From positions 1 through 41,770 of the IMG/VR virus record IMGVR_UViG_3300046485_000028: a DNA stretch of 41,770 nt; one strand, given 5' to 3'. Of the stretch, positions 26,141 to 33,865 are shown piece after piece. Source of the DNA: a virus. Each line of letters opens with the position of its first letter. Position 1 is the first letter of the stretch. The notes beneath the pieces were generated by a model. That model was not told the DNA's origin. It saw nothing but the letters and a program-made list of their open reading frames with translations, and did no database searches. The position numbers and the translations under genes were made by a program.

Positions 26141-27246
26141 AGAGCACCTCCCTTGGTGATGTCGTGTGCAGCGAGCACCATGGCCTCCAGCGAACCATCG
26201 TGTGCGTGCGCCCTGCGGTTCAGCCAGTCGAAGCACGCCAAGCGCCAGTCGGACGCTTCGATAAGGCGTGCCATCTCCAGCGCCCGTATGTAGTCCTTAT
26301 CGCGGAAGGACGCGTACGCATACAGCATGGGTGACACCACGAGGCGAAAGTAGTACGACTCACCCACCTCGGCAAGATCGCGCAGGCCAGCACCGCGCTC
26401 GGCCTCGTAGTTGAGGGCCATGCAGTCTTTCCGGAACAGTGCTGCGCCAGCCGGGTCCGTTGCCAGCTTATAGGGCGCGACTTCACCGCAGGCGTATATG
26501 TCAACGACTTCACCGTGGTCGTGATTGCCGTTTAGGAACTCCCCCCAAAACGGGTTCGTCGGGTAGACGTGCAGATTGTTTGAGTGCTGCGTGTAGTAAC
26601 CCACGGGCACGCCTACGCTGATAGCCACCCACTCCTGGATCATGCTGAACTGCACTGCGTTGGCACCGTACGCGCCCCAGATAGCGTCGTTGCTGCGGTT
26701 GATAACCTGCATGTTCAACGCCCCGTTGGATATCTCGAACATGATCATGTCGTTGCACGGAACGTCCTTCGTACTAGCGCCTAGGTCCATCTCGGGGTTC
26801 CATATAGACAGCACACACTGACGCGTGTCGGGCTTGCGGCGCAACAGGTTAACAGCGGCTTCAAGCTGGTCAAACCCGAACGCGTGGGATAGGCGATGCC
26901 CGTATGCACCGTGGAACGTGGCTCCGTTGTCACTGAACTGCGCAAGGCTAGGCAGCATCAGGCATGGTAGGTTCACCGTGTTGCTGCCAGCCAAAATCCA
27001 CAGCGACTCTATCAGGTGGAAGAACGGGTTGGCGTCACGCACCGAGTCAAACAACACGCGCTCTTGCGGTGCGCTGTACATCGTAGCCACGGGTCCAACG
27101 ACGCGGATGGTTTCAACGCCACGGCTTGATGACTTTACACCGTGCCAGTTAATCATACTGAGCGCCACGGGTAGCGCCTCATTGACGTTACGCACGGATA
27201 CGACAGCGCCATATTGCGCTCGGGTGTCTCTGAACGGGTTTTCCAT
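26137..27246 (-). CDS. Thymidylate synthase-like pyrimidine hydroxymethylase (predicted dUMP hydroxymethylase)
   Basis: 369 aa. ThyA-type motifs: RDANPFFHLIESLWILAG, HGAYGHRL, DTRQCVLSIWNP, catalytic VPCND, NRSNDAIWGAYGANAVQF and NLHVY. It has about 100 extra C-terminal residues compared with ThyA. Confidence 0.75.
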   Translation of the reverse strand: MENPFRDTRAQYGAVVSVRNVNEALPVALSMINWHGVKSSSRGVETIRVVGPVATMYSAPQERVLFDSVRDANPFFHLIESLWILAGSNTVNLPCLMLPSLAQFSDNGATFHGAYGHRLSHAFGFDQLEAAVNLLRRKPDTRQCVLSIWNPEMDLGASTKDVPCNDMIMFEISNGALNMQVINRSNDAIWGAYGANAVQFSMIQEWVAISVGVPVGYYTQHSNNLHVYPTNPFWGEFLNGNHDHGEVVDIYACGEVAPYKLATDPAGAALFRKDCMALNYEAERGAGLRDLAEVGESYYFRLVVSPMLYAYASFRDKDYIRALEMARLIEASDWRLACFDWLNRRAHAHDGSLEAMVLAAHDITKGGAL

Positions 27247-27254
27247 GGGGGTTC

Positions 27255-27845
27255 CTAAAGGATATCTTCAACGCTAGGCAAAGGGAGGCCTAGTAACTCC
27301 AGCGACAGGCTGTACGCATGATCGTAGTCTAACCTGAATACTTCCAACCCAACGGCTTCTAGTCGGTCCCCCCAGCGGAGGGCGCTGCGGTGCTTGTCGT
27401 GCAGCTTTTCAGGTGTGTATGGCTTGGTGTTGCCCTTGCGGGCGCGTCGGGTAAGCACGTTTGCAATGCACACATCGGGCGGGGTGTTAAGCACCACAAA
27501 CACGGCGCGGTCAAAGTGACTCGCTAGCGTCTGGCACGTTTCAACGCCCGGGGTGATAAGTCCTTCGGCGAATACGCTGGCGTCCCCCCGGTTGGCTAGG
27601 CTTATCCACGCCAGCACCTGATGGATGTGTGCGTATGGGCTAAACCCGTCTACGCCCCCGCAGGCGCGGACGTAGGCACCTAGGAGCACCACCTCTCGGG
27701 GCGTCACGCTGTAGCCCGCCTTGCCCTGTTTTCCCGAGTGGGTGGGCACGTACGCGGTAAGCCCCCCAGCCGCTGTCAGCACCGCACGCGCCAGCGTCGA
27801 CTTCCCGCTGCCGTTGGTGCCGTGTACGTAGATAAGCGTCTTCAT
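27255..27845 (-). CDS. P-loop kinase (candidate 5-hydroxymethyluracil DNA kinase; a dNMP kinase is the alternative)
   Basis: 196 aa. Walker A YVHGTNGSGKST. About 200-aa kinase fold size. Lies immediately upstream of the TS-like gene. Confidence 0.65.
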   Translation of the reverse strand: MKTLIYVHGTNGSGKSTLARAVLTAAGGLTAYVPTHSGKQGKAGYSVTPREVVLLGAYVRACGGVDGFSPYAHIHQVLAWISLANRGDASVFAEGLITPGVETCQTLASHFDRAVFVVLNTPPDVCIANVLTRRARKGNTKPYTPEKLHDKHRSALRWGDRLEAVGLEVFRLDYDHAYSLSLELLGLPLPSVEDIL

Positions 27846-28438
27846 ATTAAGTCCTTAGATATAGCGTTCAGATACGCTCGATGCCACGTTGCGGTAGAAC
27901 CCACTTCGTCAAGCACGGGGCCACCCGCACGATGCGCGACGCATTGGTGGAAGTAGTCCCCCACGGTGAACGAGTCATACCCGTTGGCGCACAGCGCTGC
28001 ACCTAGCGGGGCGTTGAGCGTGCGAAGCGATTGTAGCGCCTTTACTTGGTAAGCCGCTACCAGTGGTATCGTCGGGGAAAGCATGGCCCCGTGACTGGGG
28101 TGCCGGGTAGCCCACGCGGTCGGGGGAACGTACACGTGCCCGAAGCGGCGGCACAGCCGTTCCAGGTACAGCCACATCCCGTGCATGTCGTGCTCTGTGC
28201 TGGGGTGCAGGGTCTGGTAAGCGTGCGGCCGACGGTATAGGTTAACGTCTGACACCATGACCGCCACGGTGCGGCACCCTTCATCGATGGCGTGCTGCAA
28301 CGCCACGCCCCGGGCACCGACCCAGTCCTTACCCTCCACTTTGACGGTGCGCTGGTATTCGGAAGGGGCGCTGGGCTGGGTAACGATACTTTCACCGGGT
28401 ACGCGCAGCACGTATACGGGCATCTTCGGGTTCATCAT
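27842..28438 (-). CDS. Hypothetical protein, first gene of the modification operon
   Basis: 198 aa from the ATG at 28438, with AAGGAGG 4 nt upstream. ATGA overlap with the kinase gene. His-rich patch HPSTEHDMHGMW. I recognise no family. Confidence 0.6.
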   Translation of the reverse strand: MMNPKMPVYVLRVPGESIVTQPSAPSEYQRTVKVEGKDWVGARGVALQHAIDEGCRTVAVMVSDVNLYRRPHAYQTLHPSTEHDMHGMWLYLERLCRRFGHVYVPPTAWATRHPSHGAMLSPTIPLVAAYQVKALQSLRTLNAPLGAALCANGYDSFTVGDYFHQCVAHRAGGPVLDEVGSTATWHRAYLNAISKDLI

Positions 28439-28455
28439 ATTGCCTCCTTGTTGGG

Positions 28456-29868
28456 TCAAGCCAAGATATCTTTAACGTCACGGTAGTCACGCAGCATTTT
28501 AATCATGCGGCGTTCATTAGCGTGGCGGGTGTGTTGGGTGGCTAGCATCACTTCATCCACGGTGTCGCGTGCGAGTATGTACTTGTAGTTCACATGGTCG
28601 CGCAGCCCCACCTGACGCGCTGCCCCCATGCGCTCCTTCACCTGCGCGTACGCCTCACGCCCCCATAGCATACTGAAGAAGATAAGCGTGTTGCCCCCGC
28701 CTTGCAAGTTCAGCCCGTGGCCCCCGCCCTGCGGGTGTATCAGCAAGACCGGGTGCTTGCCCGCGTTCCACGAGTCCTGCAGGGCGTTCAACTGCTTTGC
28801 GTTCTTGCAGTCAGCGACGCATGGTGCCTTCGGGTACAGACTGCGCAACCGTGCAAGGTCTGGCTTGAACCAGTACGCGATCATGATGTTGCCCGCTGTG
28901 AACTCCACCACCTCTTGCAGCGCCTCCAGCTTGGCGTCGTGCACTGCCTGCCATGTACGGGCACCCGTAGCCGTTTCAAGGAACAGCGCCCCGTTAGCCA
29001 TCTGCCAGCACTTGGACGACAAGCTAGCCGCGCTGAGCGCCTCGGTGCTGCCAGACTCCAGCTCCAGGAACATTTCCTTCTCCAGCGTGGCGTACATCTT
29101 ACGGGCGGCGGGCGGCAAGTCTACCCATATGTTCTGTTCTATAACGGGCGGCAAGTCAAGCCAGTCTTCGGCACGCATGGACAGTATCAGCGGGCTAATT
29201 AGCTGCATGATTTTGCCCTCGGCGTCCTCATCCGGGGTGTATCCGTAACCCATGTACCCGCTAGGGCTGAAGAAGCGGCTGCGATAACGCGCTACCTGTT
29301 CCCCTAGGCGCTGACCTTTATCTAGGATGAATATCTGGGACCACAAATCCAGCAACCCTTTCGGCGCGGGGGTTCCGGTCAGTATGACCCTACGCTTGAA
29401 CCGATGTACGTGGTGGCGCAGCGTGCCGAAGCGCTTGCTACCGGGTGTCTTGAACATGGACGACTCGTCGATAACGAGCATATCGTAAGGCCAGCCGTTC
29501 TTACGTATCCTGCTTTTCAGGGTGTACAACAACCATCGCAGGTTATCCACGTTGATGATGTGTATTTGCGCTTTGCTGTTAAGCGCCAGCAACCGCTGAC
29601 GCTCGTCACCCGTTAGCAGCTTGAACGTCAGGTGCTTGGTATGGCCCCACTTGCGGGCTTCCTGCCTCCACACGCCCTGCGCAGGGCGCAGCGGTGCCAC
29701 TAGCAACACCCGGTTGATTTCGCCACGGTGCAGCATGTCACTGACAGCGGTGAGCGTGGATATGGTCTTGCCCAGCCCCATGTCCAGGAACAGCCCCGCA
29801 TGATCTTGCTGTTTTAAGAACCCCACGGCGCGGCGCTGGTACTCACGCAGGTCACTTCGTTGCAGCAT
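28456..29868 (-). CDS. SNF2/DEAD-like family helicase
   Basis: 470 aa. Motif I DMGLGKT, motif II LVIDESS, and C-terminal helicase motifs (GGHGLNLQ, GRAARQVG-like). Confidence 0.9.
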   Translation of the reverse strand: MLQRSDLREYQRRAVGFLKQQDHAGLFLDMGLGKTISTLTAVSDMLHRGEINRVLLVAPLRPAQGVWRQEARKWGHTKHLTFKLLTGDERQRLLALNSKAQIHIINVDNLRWLLYTLKSRIRKNGWPYDMLVIDESSMFKTPGSKRFGTLRHHVHRFKRRVILTGTPAPKGLLDLWSQIFILDKGQRLGEQVARYRSRFFSPSGYMGYGYTPDEDAEGKIMQLISPLILSMRAEDWLDLPPVIEQNIWVDLPPAARKMYATLEKEMFLELESGSTEALSAASLSSKCWQMANGALFLETATGARTWQAVHDAKLEALQEVVEFTAGNIMIAYWFKPDLARLRSLYPKAPCVADCKNAKQLNALQDSWNAGKHPVLLIHPQGGGHGLNLQGGGNTLIFFSMLWGREAYAQVKERMGAARQVGLRDHVNYKYILARDTVDEVMLATQHTRHANERRMIKMLRDYRDVKDILA

Positions 29869-30076
29869 TGAGCCTCCGGAGAGCGCTGATGGCAGAAAAG
29901 AGGTCCGGGTGGCGTTCCACCTGCTTTAAGTACTCGCGCCAGCCTATCTGCTTGGGCATCATGACATCGTACTTACCCAGCTTCACGCGGTGCTCCACAG
30001 AGCCGTTCAGCGGGTACATCTTAAGGGCGTAAGGCATACCCGTTCCCGTGCCCCCGCGCCAGCGTGCCCAACTCAT
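29852..30076 (-). CDS. Hypothetical protein
   Basis: 74 aa from the ATG at 30076 (ATGA overlap with the upstream stop). Overlaps the SNF2 start by 17 nt. Confidence 0.45.
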   Translation of the reverse strand: MSWARWRGGTGTGMPYALKMYPLNGSVEHRVKLGKYDVMMPKQIGWREYLKQVERHPDLFSAISALRRLNAATK

Positions 30077-30273
30077 ACCCACCCCATAAGGATGCACACG
30101 TACACAGCGATCAGCGCCACGGTAAGCCCCATAGACACCCAGTAGTCCGTTCGGTTCATGCGGGGTGGCATGTCATCCTCCTCGATAACCACTTGGGAGG
30201 GGCTAAGACCCGGGCACGACGTTGCCAGCGTGCGTGAGTAAAAGACGACATCTTGATTGACATCATCAGGCAT
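30073..30273 (-). CDS. Hypothetical protein with a C-terminal TM segment
   Basis: 66 aa from the ATG at 30273. C-terminal WVSMGLTVALIAVYVCILMGWV. Confidence 0.45.
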   Translation of the reverse strand: MPDDVNQDVVFYSRTLATSCPGLSPSQVVIEEDDMPPRMNRTDYWVSMGLTVALIAVYVCILMGWV

Positions 30274-30580
30274 AGTTACTCGTTCCATAATGTTCCTTTA
30301 AGAGTTTATCAATTGCATCTTTAGTATGGCACACAAACACCCGGAAACCCAGATCACGCAGCTTTTTATGAATGCGTAATTGCAATGGCTCAAACTGCCC
30401 ACCGTGGGGGCGCTTAAGCTCGAAGAAGTACAGCACGCCCCCGGGCAGCAACACCAAACGGTCAGGCCAGCCCCGCAGGAAGCGCAGCTTAAACACCAGC
30501 CCCCGCAGGGCTTTCACTTCCTGCATAAGGTGGCGCTCAATGACGTCTTCCGTTACTAGTCTTTCTTGTAGCGGTCGCAT
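30266..30580 (-). CDS. VRR-NUC domain nuclease
   Basis: 104 aa from the ATG at 30580. Motif GWPDRLVLLPGGVLYFFELKRPHGG..PLQ is typical of VRR-NUC. Confidence 0.75.
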   Translation of the reverse strand: MRPLQERLVTEDVIERHLMQEVKALRGLVFKLRFLRGWPDRLVLLPGGVLYFFELKRPHGGQFEPLQLRIHKKLRDLGFRVFVCHTKDAIDKLLKEHYGTSNYA

Positions 30581-32550
30581 ACAAAGCCCTTCGCAGCTAA
30601 AGGCATCCCCGCCATCCAAGCACGGGGCGCGCACACTATTTTCTCCAGCGCTTTGATGTTGCTGGTGCCCACTGGACGCAGCGTAAGCGCCTCGTCATGC
30701 ACGGTGCCGACCACCTCGTACCCGTTGGTCTCGGCGCTGTACATGCCCTCCATCATGATATCCCGCGCTATGGCCTGCACAATGTTCTCTATCAGCTTGC
30801 CGCCATAGGTGCCCTCACGCAGGAGTTTGCCGTGGTAGTCCGTCTTAAAGGACAGCGCCCATGAGGGCTTCCCGAAGCGCTCGGACGGGATAGCCGCTGC
30901 GTACGGGTAGCGCAGTTCACGCCCACTTGGAAGCTGGATGCACAGCCAATGGTCGCGCATGTAAAAGCGACACGACAGCCCCTCATACACCTTGCCCGGG
31001 TGCGTAACCGCAGCCACCCACAGCGCTTCCACCTTTTTCCACGATGCCACGATAGCCGGGTGTTCTTTACGATAGGTCTTAACTGCCTTCAGTGCAAAGT
31101 CCACTTCGATGATGCACCCAGCGTTCGCAGCGTACTCAACAAACCGTGGTCCGCCTAACGCGTACCCGCAGCCCAGCACCAGATTCTTAGCGATGCGGCG
31201 TTGTTCGTCCGTTACGTCATCGATGCTGTCCAGCATCCACAGCTTCTTCGCCATGAGTTTGTAGACGTCCACTCCAGCGAAGTACGCCTTGAGCATATGC
31301 TCTTCGCCTGCCACCCATGCCAGCACACGGGCTTCAATAGCGGTGTAGTCAACCACGGCGAGTTCGTAGCCGTTGGGGGCGCGTATAAAGCCCCTCATGC
31401 ACTGGCTGATGGTGTCAATGGGCTTCTCGTACCACATCTGGAACATATCGGCCACGTCCACGACGCCAAACTCGTCCCCGACAAGGTCCAACAGCGCAAA
31501 CACCGCCTCACGTTGCCTGCCCTTCAAGTGCCCCCGGATAAAGTTATGCGGCTGCACCAGCCGCCCCGCGTACCGTCCAGTATGGGCACCGTGGAATAGA
31601 AACCCGCCCTGCACCACGTGGTCGTCAGGGTCGGCGCACAGCATCATAGACACTAGCTTCTTGGTGGACGCCTTGCCCGCCTCTATGCGCAGTTCCAACA
31701 GCCTGCGCGTGTCGGCGTCTAGGTGCTCACCCTTAAGCGCCTCTTCGATGGTGCCCTTCTGCATGTTTTCGATATCCAGACCGCGCTCGGCGAATATCTG
31801 CAACATCTTGGCGACCTGCGTGGCCTTTACGCCCCCTGTCATGGCCTGCACTTCAACGGCTACGCGGCGCTCAAGCTCCTGCACCACGGCAAGGGCTTTG
31901 CGCACCAGTGGGATATCTATTGGCAGACCACGGTCATTCATACGCATATCCAGCCGGAACATCATCCGTTCGCGGCTGGTAAGTTCGGGCAGCACGCTGT
32001 CCAAGTACGCCTCACCCATGACGTCGTCGTGGCAGTACAGGCTAAACCGCTCGAAGTCCTCGGGCGCATCCTCGGGCAGGATACGGGTACGGGCGTCCTT
32101 CTTGGTGGGCTTGCGTGGTTTGCAGAACATCGCGATGAGCCGCTTGCCCTCCTCGTTCTTTTTAACGGGGGCGTCAATGGCCTTTAGCGCGTGGTCCAAG
32201 CTACGGGGTAAGCCCGAAGCCGCTGCACGGGCTGCGGTGCACGACCATTGCTTGTCCGCCACGGCTGGGATGCTGGGATGCTGCCTGCGGAGCGCGTACT
32301 GCCACACGAGGCGCTCAAAGGACGCGTTATGGGCCACAAACACCCCGCCCGAGGCTACCCATGAGACGAGATCCTTTGGTGGTCGCTGCGATCGTGGTAG
32401 CCACTCGCGCGTCGTGACCATACCGGGCAGCATGTACCGGGCTATGAGGACCTCGGTGCTGGGGTGCCGTGCGTAACGGTGCCCGCCCACCTTGCGAATG
32501 TCGAGCTGGCTAAACGTTTCAAAGTCCAAATGCGCTGCATCGGAGGTCAT
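30556..32550 (-). CDS. Family A DNA polymerase with 3'-5' exonuclease domain
   Basis: 664 aa. Exo I LDFETFS, motif A VVDYTAIEARVLAW, motif B RRIAKNLVLGCGYALG, motif C GTVHDEA. Confidence 0.95.
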   Translation of the reverse strand: MTSDAAHLDFETFSQLDIRKVGGHRYARHPSTEVLIARYMLPGMVTTREWLPRSQRPPKDLVSWVASGGVFVAHNASFERLVWQYALRRQHPSIPAVADKQWSCTAARAAASGLPRSLDHALKAIDAPVKKNEEGKRLIAMFCKPRKPTKKDARTRILPEDAPEDFERFSLYCHDDVMGEAYLDSVLPELTSRERMMFRLDMRMNDRGLPIDIPLVRKALAVVQELERRVAVEVQAMTGGVKATQVAKMLQIFAERGLDIENMQKGTIEEALKGEHLDADTRRLLELRIEAGKASTKKLVSMMLCADPDDHVVQGGFLFHGAHTGRYAGRLVQPHNFIRGHLKGRQREAVFALLDLVGDEFGVVDVADMFQMWYEKPIDTISQCMRGFIRAPNGYELAVVDYTAIEARVLAWVAGEEHMLKAYFAGVDVYKLMAKKLWMLDSIDDVTDEQRRIAKNLVLGCGYALGGPRFVEYAANAGCIIEVDFALKAVKTYRKEHPAIVASWKKVEALWVAAVTHPGKVYEGLSCRFYMRDHWLCIQLPSGRELRYPYAAAIPSERFGKPSWALSFKTDYHGKLLREGTYGGKLIENIVQAIARDIMMEGMYSAETNGYEVVGTVHDEALTLRPVGTSNIKALEKIVCAPRAWMAGMPLAAKGFVCDRYKKD

Positions 32551-32619
32551 GGCGGTCCTTTTTCGAAAGTATGGCCCCGGACCTTGCGGTGCGGGGCCAT
32601 AGGAGTGAACGCGGTGCAG

Positions 32620-33042
32620 TTACGCAGCGGCGGCGGGGCTAACGGTCATGCCGAGGGCACGGCTGGACGCCAGTTCCAGATCGATGGTGCCAGCGCGTGA
32701 CATGCTGTACAGCACTTGGCGCAGCTTGCGGGTTGGGATTTCCAGCTTCTCTGCCAGCGCCTTCGAGTTCCAAGGCTTCTTGACCAACTGCTTGATGCGT
32801 TTCGCGAGGGCTTCCCGTTCGCCCTCTTCGAACACCACGGGTTCCTTGACACGGGGTGCCTTAGCTTCAGCGGCTGGCTTGGCTGCGGCTTTCTTGGCTG
32901 GCGCTGGTGCAGCCACTTCCTTCGCAGCGGCTTTCTTAGCTGCGGGTGCGGCTGGCGCTGCAACCTTCTTTGCAGCGGTTTTCTTAGCTGCGGGTTTGGT
33001 GTCGGTGCCCAACAGGTCTTCGACGTCGTTTGCTTTGCTCAT
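32620..33042 (-). CDS. Histone H1-like Ala/Lys/Pro-repeat protein with a C-terminal winged-helix-like domain
   Basis: 140 aa. Three 16-aa AAKK/PAAP repeats, seen as a 48-bp DNA period (units at 32924-32946 and 32972-32994). C-terminal KALAEKLEIPTRKLRQVLYSMSRAGTIDLE. Confidence 0.65.
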   Translation of the reverse strand: MSKANDVEDLLGTDTKPAAKKTAAKKVAAPAAPAAKKAAAKEVAAPAPAKKAAAKPAAEAKAPRVKEPVVFEEGEREALAKRIKQLVKKPWNSKALAEKLEIPTRKLRQVLYSMSRAGTIDLELASSRALGMTVSPAAAA

Positions 33043-33115
33043 GGTGATATACTCCAGGTGGTCAGTGAATTACCCCAGAACGCTGAGGAGCCGTATTTTT
33101 GCAGGAACCCGAATC

Positions 33116-33733
33116 TTACAGCAGATCGTCAACGTCGTCATCACTTGCGCGACGCGGCTTGCCCTTGGCTGCGGGTTTGCCCTTGGCTGGCGCTGCATCG
33201 GCAAAGTCGTCTTCGGCGCTGGGGTTCCCCGACAAGCGCTCACCGTCACCCAGCTTCTGTACGTTAACCAACGCAAAGGACACGCCCTTTGACTCGTTGT
33301 CGTAGGTGAAACAACGGCACGACACGCGAGCTTCCATGCCACTGTAGATTTCTGACTTGTCCATGATAGGGTCAGCGTTCTCGTCGACAATACCGGGCTT
33401 GTCAGCCGATTTAAAGTTGACGACCGTACCGGGCTGGTCAAACGGTGGCGAGGGGTCGTCCATGTCTGCGGTGTCAGCGAAAGGCCAGTTGATCTTGCCC
33501 TTTTGGATGAGCGCCTTAGCCGTGGGGCCAAATGTTTCAACGGCTTTGTCCAACGCAACGGTCTTCATCTCTTTGAGGTCTACACCCTCGCCAAAGAAAA
33601 GCGCCAGCCCGTACTTCGGGTCACCCGTGGGTTTTCCTTTGCGGTCGGTGCGTTGGCGGGGGGTGTGCAGCGTCACGTAAGAAGCGACACCGCGAGGGCT
33701 GTAAAGCCGGGTGGATTTTTGTTTCGTTGCCAT
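33116..33733 (-). CDS. ssDNA-binding protein (DUF2815 / T7 gp2.5-like) with an acidic C-terminal tail
   Basis: 205 aa from the ATG at 33733, with GGAG 7 nt upstream. Motifs PKYGLALFF and CFTYDNESKGVSFALVNVQKL. Tail DDDVDDLL. Confidence 0.75.
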   Translation of the reverse strand: MATKQKSTRLYSPRGVASYVTLHTPRQRTDRKGKPTGDPKYGLALFFGEGVDLKEMKTVALDKAVETFGPTAKALIQKGKINWPFADTADMDDPSPPFDQPGTVVNFKSADKPGIVDENADPIMDKSEIYSGMEARVSCRCFTYDNESKGVSFALVNVQKLGDGERLSGNPSAEDDFADAAPAKGKPAAKGKPRRASDDDVDDLL

Positions 33734-33865
33734 AGTAGGCTCCATTGATATTGCAGTTTATGTTCCGACGATTAGGGCGGGCATGGGTAGGGCAGGCGTT
33801 ACCCCCGTAGATACCAGTCCATAACTCTGGGCACTCGATAGGGGGTAACGCTTGACCGGGAACCA

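Noticed and set aside
27255-27845. Interpreting the P-loop kinase simply as a deoxynucleoside monophosphate (thymidylate-type) kinase.
   Set aside because: - Not fully rejected, since sequence alone cannot separate the two roles.
- I favour the 5-hmdU DNA kinase role because an aGPT-Pplase-like enzyme needs a pyrophosphorylated 5-hmdU substrate, and no other kinase is present in the operon.
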